The notes under the pieces were generated by a model. The model was given only the letters and a program-made list of their open reading frames with translations. It did no database searches and was not told where the DNA came from. Both the position numbers and the translations under genes were made by a program. Below, piece after piece: positions 29,429 to 39,384 of a stretch of 64,000 bases of DNA. The number at the start of each line of letters is the position of its first letter. Position 1 is the first letter of the stretch. The DNA comes from Kiloniellaceae bacterium (GTDB taxonomy: Bacteria; Pseudomonadota; Alphaproteobacteria; Kiloniellales; Kiloniellaceae): contig JBNKHC010000307.1 of assembly GCA_050290145.1 (NCBI GenBank), positions 2,772 to 66,771 on the forward strand. The letters are read 5' to 3'.

Positions 29429-30810
29429 CGCGCGTGTTCCGACTTCTGCAGTGTCCGAAGAAAGGATTCCCGCCAGGCAGTGACGTCGTTCTCGGCGATG
29501 GCCTTGTACATGGAGCGCCAACGCTCGCGCCGTGCTTCCAGCGGCATGGTGAGCGCTTCCTGCATGCGCTCGGCCACGCCCTCCACGTCGTAGGGATTGA
29601 CGATGAGGGCGCCGTCCAGTTCCCGCGCCGCCCCGGCGAAGCGGGAAAGCACCAGGACGCCGGGGTCCTTCTCGCTCTGCGCGGCGACGAACTCCTTGGC
29701 GACCAGGTTCATGCCGTCGCGCAGCGGTGTCACCAGCCCGACGCGGCTGACCCGGAAGAAGCCCGACAGGACCCGGCGGCTGAAGCTCTTGTTCAGGTAG
29801 CGGATCGGCACCCAGTCGTACTCGGCGAAGGTGCCGTTCACATGGCCCGCCGTGGCCTCCAGCTCGCGCCTCATGTCGATGTAGTCGGCGACATCGGAGC
29901 GCGAGGGCGGGTTGATCTGCAGGAAGACCACCTTGCCGCGGTTGTCCGGATAGGCCGTCAGCAGATGCTCAAAGGCTTCGACACGCTTGATCAGGCCCTT
30001 GGAGTAGTCGAGGCGGTCGACGCCGATCATCAGGTCGCGCTTGCCGAGGCTTTCCAGGAGGCGGTGGACCTGCTTGCTTCCTTCGCTTTCCGCCGCCATC
30101 TGGGCGAACATTTCCGTGTCCACGCCGATGGGAAATGCCTGGGCCTTCAGTGTCCGGCCGAAGACCTTGATGGTGCCGTCGTCATGGACTTCGCCGCCGG
30201 CTTCGCGGCGGATGTAGTCCAGGAAGCAGTGGAGGTGGTCGACGGTCTGGAACCCGACCAGGTCGTAGGCGCAGAGCGCTTTGACGATCTCGCGGTGCTG
30301 GGGCAGGGCCAGCAGCACCTCCAGCGCCGGCCAGGGAATGTGCAGGAAGAAGCCCATCATCTGCCTGCAGCCGGCGCTGCGCAGGTTCTCGGCCAGCAGC
30401 AGGAAATGATAGTCGTGGATCCAGACGATGTCGGAGTCTTCCAGCATCGGCTGGAGCCGGTGCGCGAAGAGGGTGTTGACGCGCTGATAGCCGGCCCAGG
30501 TGCGTTGGGCGAACTCCGCAAGGTCGAGGCGATAGTGGAAGAGGGGCCAGAGCGTCGAGTTCGCGAAGCCGACGTAATACTCGTCGTAGTCGCGCTGGGT
30601 CAGGTCGATCGTCGCGTAGGTGATCTTGCCGGCCTGCGTGAGGGTGGGTTGGCCGTAGTCCCGCTCCAGGACCTTACCGCTCCAGCCGAACCAGATGCCG
30701 CCGCGTTCGCGCAGCGCAGCGCGGACCGCAACCGCCAGGCCGCCTTCGGCACCCGGCCGGGATTGCTTGACCGCGGCGACGCGATTGGAGACGACGACCA
30801 GGCGGCTCAA
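29425..30810 (-). CDS. otsA: Alpha,alpha-trehalose-phosphate synthase (UDP-forming)
   Basis: 461-aa GT20 family protein (RLVVVSNR...[11 protein letters not shown]...). Its TTG start overlaps the GH15 stop. Confidence 0.9.
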   Translation of the reverse strand: MSRLVVVSNRVAAVKQSRPGAEGGLAVAVRAALRERGGIWFGWSGKVLERDYGQPTLTQAGKITYATIDLTQRDYDEYYVGFANSTLWPLFHYRLDLAEFAQRTWAGYQRVNTLFAHRLQPMLEDSDIVWIHDYHFLLLAENLRSAGCRQMMGFFLHIPWPALEVLLALPQHREIVKALCAYDLVGFQTVDHLHCFLDYIRREAGGEVHDDGTIKVFGRTLKAQAFPIGVDTEMFAQMAAESEGSKQVHRLLESLGKRDLMIGVDRLDYSKGLIKRVEAFEHLLTAYPDNRGKVVFLQINPPSRSDVADYIDMRRELEATAGHVNGTFAEYDWVPIRYLNKSFSRRVLSGFFRVSRVGLVTPLRDGMNLVAKEFVAAQSEKDPGVLVLSRFAGAARELDGALIVNPYDVEGVAERMQEALTMPLEARRERWRSMYKAIAENDVTAWRESFLRTLQKSEHAR

Positions 30811-32606
30811 TAAGCTTCCTCCCAGGTTTTTGACAGGCGCATGGCGGAGTTTATCAGGCCGACCATGGAATAGGTCTGTGGAAAGTTGCCCCAGAGCTCG
30901 CGAGTGCCGGTCGCCATGTCTTCCGACAGCAGACCCAGGGGGTTTCGCGCGGCCAGCATGGTTTCGAAGAGCTCCCGGGCCTCGTCGGTGCGGCCGACGG
31001 CGGCCAGGGCGTCGATGTACCAGAAGGTGCAGACGTTGAAGGCGACTTCCGGCGCACCGAAATCGTCGGCGGCCACATAGCGGTGGAGGAACAGGTCGTG
31101 CTTCAGGTGCTTTTCGATCTGCTCCAGTGTGCCGAGGAAGCGCGGGTCGCTGGCCGGCAGAAAGCCGATCTCCTGGAGGCAGAGAAGGCTGGCATCGAGG
31201 TCCTCGCCGTCGAAGGTCGAGACCAGGCTGTTGAGGCGTCTGTTCCAGGCGCGCTCCAGGATCCCGTTGCGGATCGTTTTCGCCCCCTTGGCCCAGAAAT
31301 CGTAGCGCTCGGTCATTTCCAGGCGCGCGGCGATGCGGGCCAGGCGGTCACAGGCGGCCCAGCACATGACCGCCGAATAGGTGTGGACCTGCTGGCGGGT
31401 GCGCAGCTCCCACAGCCCGGCATCGGGCTTGTCCCAAAGCTGCAGGGCCTTCTGCCCCAGGCTCTCGAGCTTCTCGAAGAAGCTGACGTCGCCCGGATGA
31501 TCCAGGCGACAGTCGAAGAAGCTGTGGGTCGTGGCGAGAATGACGCTGCCGTAGCCGTCGTTCTGGATCTGCGTGTAGGCGCCGTTGCCGATCCGAACCG
31601 GCCCCATATTGCGGTAGCCGGAGAGGGAATCGCAGACTGCCTCGTCGAGGCGCACCTCCTGCGAGATGCCGAAGACCGGTTGCAGATGCCCGTCTTCGGC
31701 ATTGGCGCCGACGTTGGAGGAGACGATGTTGGAAATGTAACTGAGGTAGCCTTCCATGGTCTTGGTCGCGCCCAGGCGGTTCAGGGCATGGACCACGAAG
31801 TAGGCGTCTCGCAGCCAGCAGTAGCGGTAATCCCAGTTGCGGCCGGAGTCAGGCGCTTCAGGAATCGAGGTCGTCATGGCAGCAATGATGGCGCCGGTTT
31901 CCTCGAAGCTGCATAGCTTCAGGGTGATGGACGCGCGGATCACCGCTTCCTGCCACTCGAACGGGAGGGCCAGATAGCGGGTCCACTCACGCCAGTACTC
32001 GTCGGTATTGCGGAAAAACTCCTGACTGGTCTTGTCGATGGGGGCGGTCAGGCTCTCGTCCGGGCCGAGGATCAGTGTGACGGGCCGGTCGAGAATGAAG
32101 GGGACCTCGTCATTGATGTAGGTGATCGGAGCATCGGTTGTCAGGCGCAGCGTCAGACCCGGCATGACGTAGCGCAGGTGGTTGCTGCCCCGGGTCTTCT
32201 CGGGATCGCCCTTGCCGTAGTCGTAGGTCGGGCGGACCTTGATGCAGATGCGCGGACTGCCGGAAAGCGCGCGCAGATGGCGCACGATGGTTGGAGGGCG
32301 GAAGATGCGGCCGTGATGCTTGAAGCGGGGTGCGAAGTCGGTCACTTCGACGACGCCGTCGCCGGAATCATAGAGCCGCGTCACCACCACGGCGGAGTTG
32401 CGGCGGTAATACTGTTCGGAGCGGGTGAAGCCGAGGAGCTCGATATCGTAGATGCCGCGGCCGCCGGAGTTTTCGCCGTTGAGAAGACCGCAGAAAACCG
32501 GATCGCTGTCGAAACGCGGCATACAGGACCAGACGATTCTGGCTTTCGAGTCGATCAGCGCGCCGAAGGTGCAGTTGCCGATGATGGCGAGATCCAGTGA
32601 GCTCAA
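30807..32606 (-). CDS. Glycoside hydrolase family 15 (glucoamylase/trehalase-like)
   Basis: 599 aa with a GH15 (alpha/alpha)6 barrel signature (NWDYRYCWLRDA...). Embedded between otsB and otsA. Confidence 0.85.
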   Translation of the reverse strand: MSSLDLAIIGNCTFGALIDSKARIVWSCMPRFDSDPVFCGLLNGENSGGRGIYDIELLGFTRSEQYYRRNSAVVVTRLYDSGDGVVEVTDFAPRFKHHGRIFRPPTIVRHLRALSGSPRICIKVRPTYDYGKGDPEKTRGSNHLRYVMPGLTLRLTTDAPITYINDEVPFILDRPVTLILGPDESLTAPIDKTSQEFFRNTDEYWREWTRYLALPFEWQEAVIRASITLKLCSFEETGAIIAAMTTSIPEAPDSGRNWDYRYCWLRDAYFVVHALNRLGATKTMEGYLSYISNIVSSNVGANAEDGHLQPVFGISQEVRLDEAVCDSLSGYRNMGPVRIGNGAYTQIQNDGYGSVILATTHSFFDCRLDHPGDVSFFEKLESLGQKALQLWDKPDAGLWELRTRQQVHTYSAVMCWAACDRLARIAARLEMTERYDFWAKGAKTIRNGILERAWNRRLNSLVSTFDGEDLDASLLCLQEIGFLPASDPRFLGTLEQIEKHLKHDLFLHRYVAADDFGAPEVAFNVCTFWYIDALAAVGRTDEARELFETMLAARNPLGLLSEDMATGTRELWGNFPQTYSMVGLINSAMRLSKTWEEAY

Positions 32607-33472
32607 TGCGTTTCTCCCTCCGGCCCGGTTGCGACCCAGGGGCGCAGCCAGGCAACAACAGCGTCTTCGTCCGGCAGGCAGTAGGCGGCGGCGCTGTTCT
32701 CGTCAAAGCCGACGCGGATCGACAGGCCACCCATACGGTTGACGCTTCGAAAGCCGTCCTCGTCGGTCACGTCGTCGCCGATGAAAACGGGCAAACGGCC
32801 GACGAAAGGTGGTTCCGCCATGAAAGCTTCGATCGCTGTGCCCTTGTTGGCACCCCCCGGTTTTACCTCGACCACCATCTTGCCGCGCTTCAATTCGAGC
32901 GGGGAGGGGCTGGCCTCGACCAGCCCAACGAGAAGAGCTTTGATCTCTGCTTCATAGGCCGGCGCATTGCGGTAGTGCAGAGCGAGGGACTGCCGCTTGT
33001 CCTCCAGGAGAAGGCCCTCGCGCGCCTCGACGAACTCCGCCAGGGGCGCGCGCAGAGAGTCCAGCAGCTCGCTGCCGGCAACCTGGTGGACCACGCCGTC
33101 GCCGCCGCGCCGCTCCAGACCATGGACGCCGGCGCTGGGCAGTTTCAACGGCGCGAACAAGCCGTCCAGGTCGCTGATCGTTCGACCGCTGATGAGTGCG
33201 ACGGCGCCGTTCAGCCTTTCTTCAAGCTGCTCCAGCAGAAAGAGGAGCTGCGCGGGGACATATACAGCGTCGGGATGGGCGGCGATGGACAGGAGCGTAC
33301 CGTCGACGTCGAGGAAAAGGGCATGCGTTTCTGAAGAAGCGGGCAGCTCGGGCGCTTCCCCCTGCATGTCGCCGCGTTCGCCTCCTCTCGAAGCTCCTGC
33401 GCGGTGTGCGCCCAAAAATTGCGAGCGGGCGGCAGGAAGTACCTTGGACTGCGGAACTTCGTCGAACTTCAA
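32603..33472 (-). CDS. otsB: Trehalose-phosphatase
   Basis: HAD motifs LFLDVDGTL, SGR and GDDVTDE. The true start may be an internal Met (MQGEAPEL). Confidence 0.8.
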   Translation of the reverse strand: MKFDEVPQSKVLPAARSQFLGAHRAGASRGGERGDMQGEAPELPASSETHALFLDVDGTLLSIAAHPDAVYVPAQLLFLLEQLEERLNGAVALISGRTISDLDGLFAPLKLPSAGVHGLERRGGDGVVHQVAGSELLDSLRAPLAEFVEAREGLLLEDKRQSLALHYRNAPAYEAEIKALLVGLVEASPSPLELKRGKMVVEVKPGGANKGTAIEAFMAEPPFVGRLPVFIGDDVTDEDGFRSVNRMGGLSIRVGFDENSAAAYCLPDEDAVVAWLRPWVATGPEGETH

Positions 33473-33861
33473 TGGTGCTCTTGCCTAGCTCTCGTCTTCA
33501 AGGCAACGGTGTTGAGACAATCTCATCCGGTGCCCTAATTGAAGTAACTGCCGAGCCTATCGAAGGCAAGGTATTCATTCATTTCATTCTCTTCGCACGC
33601 AAACGTTCTCCCTGTTGCCTGCGGATGTGTTCATTCAACTTCCTTCTTTGAGTGTGAGGTGAGGGGCCGGTCGCCGCCGGTCAGTTCGGCGAAGACCGAC
33701 AGCAGGAAACGGGTCTCGAAATCGGCGCTACGCGCTGCCGCACTGAGCAGCGGCTTGTCTGGTCGTCGCAACTCGCAGGAGGCGGGTCGGTCGTCTGGAT
33801 GGCTCGATGCTGGCATATCTGTTCTCTCGGCCCTTGATTCATCACCGGCTAGCAAAGCTAT

Positions 33862-33887
33862 ATTGCAAAAATCGCAACAAATCGCAA
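33862..33887. promoter_or_regulatory. Three phased AT(T/C)GCAA direct repeats downstream of the repressor gene
   Basis: ATTGCAAaaATCGCAAcaaATCGCAAt, with units starting at 33862, 33871 and 33881. Confidence 0.3.
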
Positions 33888-33999
33888 TCAGAGAACGCTC
33901 TGAACTAAGAGTATTCGACCTTAAAGTGAGGGGCGAGTCAGGCGCAGTCTCGGGGATAAGCCGGTCAACTTATGAATACCGCAATAGGCAGGCACAGCA

Positions 34000-34617
34000 T
34001 CAGCCGCGCGACCGCAGCTTCACCCAGGTCACCGGCGCGACCCACTCGACGGGCACGTTCTGCTCGATAGGGGTTGCCGAGTTGACGGAAACGAGGGTCA
34101 CTTCACCCGCCGCATTTCCGGGTTCGACAATCTTCACGAGCTGGCGACCGTCCTTGGTCTGCACCACGCATTCACGCCCGTAGCACCTTGCCAGGTCCAG
34201 CCCGTCTTCACGGGAATAGCCGAGGTGCTCGCCATCGCGAAAGCGCGGCGACATTGAATTGCCCCGCACTACAACGCAGACCCCCCCGCCTTCTCCCTGC
34301 GGAGCATCGATCTTGTAGAGCCCGGATCCCTTCTCGTGGTCGTCGACGGAGTAGACGGTCTCGCCGGCGCCGACGTAGCCGACGACCAGGCTGGATGCCC
34401 TGGCCTCCCGATTGACGAAAGCCCCCAGCTTGGCGACTACGTCTTCCAGCGAGGTCTCCAGATACTCCGCCATCTCTACCGCTTCCTCGATCTTGATGCT
34501 GCGGCTTTGATTGAGGATCTCGGTGATGCGCGAGGGGTCGAGCCCCATGTGCTTGGCAAGGCCGCGTTGGGTCTTGCCGAGCTGGCGCAGGCGATCTTGG
34601 AACCAGCGTTTTTCCAT
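34000..34617 (-). CDS. Phage CI/LexA-like repressor (XRE HTH + S24 peptidase domain)
   Basis: 205 aa with an N-terminal HTH (KTQRGLAKHMGLDPSRITEILN), a possible Ala-Gly cleavage site (VGAGE), the S24 Ser motif GNSMSPRF and a downstream Lys (LVKIVEP). Confidence 0.85.
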   Translation of the reverse strand: MEKRWFQDRLRQLGKTQRGLAKHMGLDPSRITEILNQSRSIKIEEAVEMAEYLETSLEDVVAKLGAFVNREARASSLVVGYVGAGETVYSVDDHEKGSGLYKIDAPQGEGGGVCVVVRGNSMSPRFRDGEHLGYSREDGLDLARCYGRECVVQTKDGRQLVKIVEPGNAAGEVTLVSVNSATPIEQNVPVEWVAPVTWVKLRSRG

Positions 34618-34626
34618 GAACCTAAG

Positions 34627-34669
34627 ATTGCGAAATTTGCCATTTGATGTCTATTGCGAATTATGCAAT
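34627..34669. promoter_or_regulatory. Two 17-bp ATTGC-N7-GC(C/A)AT operator-like palindromes in the divergent promoter region
   Basis: attgcgaaatttgccat (34627-34643) and attgcgaattatgcaat (34653-34669), starting 10 nt upstream of the repressor ATG. Confidence 0.45.
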
Positions 34670-34752
34670 TTATATCGCCGGAGGTTGTTCGGCAAGTAAG
34701 TCTTTCTAACTCAGCGGGCCGGCGCCTGAAGGACGGATCAGAGAGGAAAGCG

Positions 34753-35283
34753 ATGCGGTCACAAAGGGCAGTCGCACACCAGCGACGGACGACAGCCGCC
34801 GCCGTGAAGCAGCGGGCCTTGGCTTTTCTGGCGGAGGCGCTGCCGCGGGGATGGATGAGCCAACCTCTTGCGCCTGGGTTCGCCCAGGGGGCAGCGGCAG
34901 CACGGGCGCGCGCCTGTCCGGCGGCCAGCGGTCCCGCCGCCGATATCCTGGTGATCTCGCCGCGCGGACGCTGTCACTTTCTTTTCGTGCGGGCGCCGGC
35001 TGACCGCTGGTGGGATGGCGGTCCGAAGAGTGTGCCCGCCGAAGAGATCGGGGAGCGTGAGGCGGAGATGGCCCGCCAACTGCGCGCCGCCGGCCACAGA
35101 GCCCGCGCCATCTGGGGAGAGCGGGACTTGTTGCGTGCCTTGAGGTCCTGGGGCTGCCCGTTGCCCCCGGAGCTCCGCATCGAGCGCGCGGAGGTCCCGG
35201 CGCGGCCGCCGCAGCGCGCGGCGCCGCGCCGGCAGCGCCCGGTCCTGCATCTGGGCAGCGGCGGAGGAAGGCTCGATGGCTGA
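34753..35283 (+). CDS. Hypothetical phage protein (weak VRR-NUC-like pattern)
   Basis: Start chosen at ATG 34753 after a gagagga RBS. The pattern ADILVISPRGRCHFLFVRAP...RQLRAAGHRARAIWGERDL recalls VRR-NUC, but the E.K catalytic pair is not evident. Confidence 0.4.
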   Translation: MRSQRAVAHQRRTTAAAVKQRALAFLAEALPRGWMSQPLAPGFAQGAAAARARACPAASGPAADILVISPRGRCHFLFVRAPADRWWDGGPKSVPAEEIGEREAEMARQLRAAGHRARAIWGERDLLRALRSWGCPLPPELRIERAEVPARPPQRAAPRRQRPVLHLGSGGGRLDG

Positions 35284-35821
35284 AAAGGCGATGGCAGCGG
35301 ACGGGCAGGAAAGGCTGCGCATCGAAGCGGCCGTGGCAGAAGGCCTGCGCCTGGCGCGCGAGGCCGGCCATGCGGAGCCGAGCCTGCGTGACGCGGTCTG
35401 GGAACTGCTGTTGGAAGCCGCGGATACCCTGCGGCGCCTGCCCAACCGCGAACAGGGCTGGTTGACCGCTGCGGCGCGCGCCCACTGGCCCGACTACGTG
35501 CGCAACACGGCGGAGGAGTTCGCCGGGGCTGTCGGCCGGGCAGGGCGCGAGACGGGGCAGGCTTTGCGGCCGACGCCGGCCCGGGCCGAGGCCATCGACC
35601 GCATGGACACGGTGCTGCTGTGGCTGCCGCTGGCGGGCGGAGCTAACCCCCGGCGCGACGTCTCCATCCTCTTCGGGCTGGCCTGCGGGCTCAGGGTGCC
35701 GGTTCTGCGCCAGCGTTTCGGCTGCGCGAGGCGCACGGTCTACGACGTGCGGGACCGGGGTATCGCTCGGATCTGCGGCTGGCTGCGCAGCCGGAGCGAG
35801 CTCTGCCGCAAGCTGGAATGA
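35276..35821 (+). CDS. Hypothetical phage protein with a possible C-terminal HTH
   Basis: 181 aa overlapping the upstream gene by 8 nt. The C-terminal segment RRTVYDVRDRGIARICGWL looks like a sigma-70 region 4/LuxR-type HTH. Confidence 0.45.
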   Translation: MAEKAMAADGQERLRIEAAVAEGLRLAREAGHAEPSLRDAVWELLLEAADTLRRLPNREQGWLTAAARAHWPDYVRNTAEEFAGAVGRAGRETGQALRPTPARAEAIDRMDTVLLWLPLAGGANPRRDVSILFGLACGLRVPVLRQRFGCARRTVYDVRDRGIARICGWLRSRSELCRKLE

Positions 35822-35827
35822 GCGGCT

Positions 35828-36151
35828 TCAGTTCGGCTGCAGTTGCTTGGGAACGTAACGGCCGTCCTCGATGCCCTCGAAGAACTCCTCGATCTGCGGG
35901 TGGCCGACCGCCGCCCCGGTCTCGTCGATCACCAGGTTCTGTTCGGAGACGTAGGCGACGTAGGTGGTCTCCTCGTTCTCGGCGAGCAGGTGATAGAACG
36001 GCTGATCCTTGTTGGGGCGGATCGCTTCAGGGATTGCCTCCCACCATTCCTCGGTGTTCGAGAACGTAGGGTCGACGTCGAAGATCACGCCACGAAACGG
36101 AAAGAAGCGGTGGCGCACGATCTCGCCGATTTGGAACTTCGCCGTTCGCAT
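35828..36151 (-). CDS. hspQ: Heat shock protein HspQ (YccV, hemimethylated-DNA-binding domain)
   Basis: 107 aa. KFQIGEIVRHRFFPFRGVIFDVDP...PFYHLLAENE is characteristic of this family. Confidence 0.85.
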   Translation of the reverse strand: MRTAKFQIGEIVRHRFFPFRGVIFDVDPTFSNTEEWWEAIPEAIRPNKDQPFYHLLAENEETTYVAYVSEQNLVIDETGAAVGHPQIEEFFEGIEDGRYVPKQLQPN

Positions 36152-36544
36152 GGTCCGGCTGTCTTACCTCTCACGTTTTACGACAACTTACTGCCAATTA
36201 TTCATATGCGCGCCCGGCGGGTCGAAACAAGCCCCGGGGCTGCCGGGTTGTGCTGTCCTTGGGCGAAACAATCGCTTCGGAATTACCGCAAAAATAGCGT
36301 TTATCGCGCTTAGGTAGCATCCGAGAAAATCTACATAAGCATCTGATAACTAACAAATCTCTCTCTTGCCTCAAATCCGGCCAATTGCAACTGAGCCGTT
36401 TGGCGGCCCGCTCACGATTAACTGATCCGCTAGAGCCATTGCACTTAAGTGTTTGTTAAACCGAAAAGCGTCGAATCCTCATGCCGGAGGATCAGGACCC
36501 GTCCAGGCCGAGCGTCCGGGCGGACCTCCGCTGAGAGGAATGCG

Positions 36545-37156
36545 ATGTTTGAACTTGCAATGGTTGTACAGGTAGGTCTGGCCTGCTTGACACGTGTCGC
36601 GTGCAGTCTGCGCGCCTTCACGTCGTCAGTCTGGGGCCGCCTGCGCCCGACCCTCGGTCCGCTGCTGCGCGACGAGCGCGGCAACGCGCTGATCGAGTTT
36701 GCGTTCGTGGCGCCGCCCTTCCTGCTGTTGCTGGTCGGCACGCTCGAGGTCTCGGTGATGTTCTTTACCAGCGCCGTCATCGAAGGGGCGACGAAGGAGG
36801 CCGCGCGGCAGATCCGCACCGGCAATATCCAGGCGTCTGCCGATCCGCTGGCCGCCTTCCAGGCTGAGCTCTGCGATTCCCTCTTTGGCGTCATCGACTG
36901 CACCCAGGTGATTTTCAATGTGCAGACCTTCGCGAGCTTCTCGGCAGTCTCGATGCCGATCGAACTGGACCAGGACGGCGAAATCATCAACACGGGATTC
37001 GCCCCGGGTGGCAGCAGCGCCGTTACCGTGGTGCGGGCGATGTACCGCTGGCACTTCATGACACCTCTGATCGAAAACGTGATGCCTTCCGGCCTGGGCG
37101 GTCATCTGCTGATTTCGACAGTCGCCTTTCAGAACGAGCCGTACAACGTGAACTGA
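36545..37156 (+). CDS. TadE/TadF-like pseudopilin
   Basis: Start trimmed to ATG 36545 after a gagagga RBS. TadE N-terminal motif RDERGNALIEFAFVAPPFLLLLVGTLE. Confidence 0.7.
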   Translation: MFELAMVVQVGLACLTRVACSLRAFTSSVWGRLRPTLGPLLRDERGNALIEFAFVAPPFLLLLVGTLEVSVMFFTSAVIEGATKEAARQIRTGNIQASADPLAAFQAELCDSLFGVIDCTQVIFNVQTFASFSAVSMPIELDQDGEIINTGFAPGGSSAVTVVRAMYRWHFMTPLIENVMPSGLGGHLLISTVAFQNEPYNVN

Positions 37157-37159
37157 CCC

Positions 37160-37687
37160 ATGGAACTCGCTCGCTACATATGGCGCGACGAACGCGGCAC
37201 AGCGGTGCTGGAGTTCGGGTTTCTGCTGCCGGTCCTGCTGGTTCTCTTCATCGGCGTGGTCGAGGCGACCAATGTGCTGCGCCTGGACCGCAAGGTGGTG
37301 GCTGCGGCGCAGACGGCGGCAGATCTGGTGACCCAGCGGCGAGAGGTTTCGGATGCGCAGCTGAACGACATTCTGAAGGCGTCGGAGCTGATCTTCGAGC
37401 CTTTCCCGGCCGCCGCTCACAGTGTCGGAATCGCGGCGGTCAGTTTTGACCCGGGCACGGGCAATCCGACGTTGGATTGGACCAAGAGCAAGAACGGCGG
37501 CACCGTCCCCGACGCCCTGACCCTGGCCACGGGGCTCGGCGAACCCGGGGAAGGAGTCGTCATCGTTCGGGTGACCTACAACTATACCCCCATATTCTTC
37601 GACTTCGTGATGGGCGCCACCACCATCGAAGAAACCGCGGTTCTGCGTCCCCGGCGCAGTTCCGTCGTGGAGGGCCCGGGAGGCTGA
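37160..37687 (+). CDS. TadE/TadF-like pseudopilin
   Basis: 175 aa with RDERGTAVLEFGFLLPVLLVLFIGVVE. Confidence 0.75.
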   Translation: MELARYIWRDERGTAVLEFGFLLPVLLVLFIGVVEATNVLRLDRKVVAAAQTAADLVTQRREVSDAQLNDILKASELIFEPFPAAAHSVGIAAVSFDPGTGNPTLDWTKSKNGGTVPDALTLATGLGEPGEGVVIVRVTYNYTPIFFDFVMGATTIEETAVLRPRRSSVVEGPGG

Positions 37688-37707
37688 CGCAGTTGCCCTG
37701 ATTTGGG

Positions 37708-39159
37708 ATGGAGAAACTGGCGATGCGTAGACTAGCAGAAATTGCCCGTGCGGCCATCGGCCACCGCGAGGAAGCGGGGCGCCGGCCGCTGAAGCGAGCC
37801 AAGCAACAAGGCGCGCGGCTGCTGGCCGATGCCCGTGGCAACGTAAGCGTCGTGATCGGCTTCTGCGCAATTGCGCTCGTCGGCGGCGTGGGTATCGCCA
37901 TCGATACCTCGATTGCCTACAACGTGCGCTCGCAGTTGGCTGCGGCGGTGGATGCCGCCGCCTTGGCCGGTGCGCGCGCCTTCGCCAGCCCCAACCGCGA
38001 TACAGACATCCACAACTTCTTCGACGCCAATTTCCAGGAAGGCTACATGGGCTCTGTCCTGCAGCCGCTGGAGATCGCGACGAATAACGAGGCCCGCACC
38101 GTCACGGTAACGGCGCGCGCCGCCATCCCGACGTTCTTCATGAGCGTGCTGGGCACCGACTCCACCGACATCGCCGCTTCCGCCGAGGCGACACTGTCGT
38201 CGCGCGACGTCGAAGTGGCCCTGGTGCTCGACGTCACCGGCTCCATGTCGGGGTCGCGGATCAGTGACCTTCGCGATGCCGCGAACGAGCTGGTCGACAT
38301 TGTCGTGCAGGATCTGCAGGAACCCTTCTATTCGAAGGTGGCACTGGTACCCTATTCGAATTCCGTCAACGTCGGCGGCTATGCCGATGCCGTGCGCGGC
38401 GCAGCGACTGCCGGCACCTGTACCTACCCGACCGCGCCGACCTGCGAGGATTTTGAATTCCCGCGGGCGAGCGACGGCGACATGATCACCTACAGCATTA
38501 CCAACTGCGTGAGCGAGCGCTCGGGCCCGCAGCTCTCAACCGACGCCGCGCCCACCGTGGCGCTGCTGGGCCGGCAGTATTCCCACGCCACCTACAACCC
38601 CTGTCCCGACCCGGTCATTACGCCGCTGTCGAGCAACAAGACCGCGCTGCACACCGCCATCAACGCCTTGGAGGCGTCCGGCTCGACCGCAGGGCAAATC
38701 GGTGTCGCCTGGGGCTGGTACCTAGTCTCGCCGAACTTCGGTTACCTCTGGCCGGCCGCGAGCCAGCCGAAGGACTATGGTGAAATTCACCTGGGCCAAG
38801 AGGTGCTGAAGGTCGTGGTGGTCATGACCGACGGTGACTTCAACACGATCTACGCCGACGGCGTGATCGCCAAGAACTCGACCAGCGGCAGTGGCAGCAA
38901 CAACTACAAGATCAATGAGAACGGCTCGAACGGCAGCGCCTTCGCGCAGGCTGAAGCGCTTTGCGACAACATGAAGGCGGAGGGGGTGATCGTCTACACC
39001 GTCGGCCTCGACGTCGCCAGCACGACCGGCGCCACGGATTTCGTGAACAACTGCGCCACTAACGCCGACCATGTCTATCTGCCGTCCACCGGGACCGAGC
39101 TGAAGCAGGCCTTCCGCGACATCGCGGTGCAGGTTTCGAACCTCCGTATCTCCATGTGA
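37708..39159 (+). CDS. TadG-like pilus-assembly protein with a vWA domain
   Basis: 483 aa with a Tad N-terminal hydrophobic segment (GNVSVVIGFCAIALVGGVGIAID) and a vWA MIDAS motif (LVLDVTGSMSG). Confidence 0.8.
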   Translation: MEKLAMRRLAEIARAAIGHREEAGRRPLKRAKQQGARLLADARGNVSVVIGFCAIALVGGVGIAIDTSIAYNVRSQLAAAVDAAALAGARAFASPNRDTDIHNFFDANFQEGYMGSVLQPLEIATNNEARTVTVTARAAIPTFFMSVLGTDSTDIAASAEATLSSRDVEVALVLDVTGSMSGSRISDLRDAANELVDIVVQDLQEPFYSKVALVPYSNSVNVGGYADAVRGAATAGTCTYPTAPTCEDFEFPRASDGDMITYSITNCVSERSGPQLSTDAAPTVALLGRQYSHATYNPCPDPVITPLSSNKTALHTAINALEASGSTAGQIGVAWGWYLVSPNFGYLWPAASQPKDYGEIHLGQEVLKVVVVMTDGDFNTIYADGVIAKNSTSGSGSNNYKINENGSNGSAFAQAEALCDNMKAEGVIVYTVGLDVASTTGATDFVNNCATNADHVYLPSTGTELKQAFRDIAVQVSNLRISM

Positions 39160-39235
39160 CCGCGGGTGGTTGCGGGGGACCGAATTAGCGGAAATCGGAA
39201 ATCAGATTTGCTCATATGCCACGTGGTGAGAAAAA

Positions 39236-39252
39236 ATTGCGAATGACGCAAT
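39236..39252. promoter_or_regulatory. ATTGCG-N5-CGCAAT palindrome upstream of terS
   Basis: attgcgaatgacgcaat. A T-run and ttgcac-N17-catctt (a weak sigma-70-like promoter) follow it. Same half-site as the operators next to the repressor gene. Confidence 0.4.
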
Positions 39253-39384
39253 TTTTTTGGTTGCACAATTCGCACAGTTTCGGCATCTTGTGAGCCTATC
39301 GTCCGCGAATTGGCGTTGCGGCCCTGAGGGGCCGGCCCCTGTCGGGCGGAGCTTTCCCAGACATTCCTTCGAGGGTCCGACGCG

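Larger units (their letters stand above)
33480..35827. mobile_element. Phage-derived regulatory islet (repressor plus two hypothetical genes) between otsB and hspQ
   Basis: AT-richer intergenic DNA, a CI/LexA-like repressor diverging from two phage-type hypothetical ORFs, and operator-like palindromes. No integrase is present. Confidence 0.55.

Noticed and set aside
33631-33855. 74-aa minus-strand ORF (internal ATG at 33816) beside the repressor gene as a possible Cro/Xis-like protein.
   Set aside because: Weak RBS, no HTH or other motif, and composition compatible with a chance ORF. Left unannotated.
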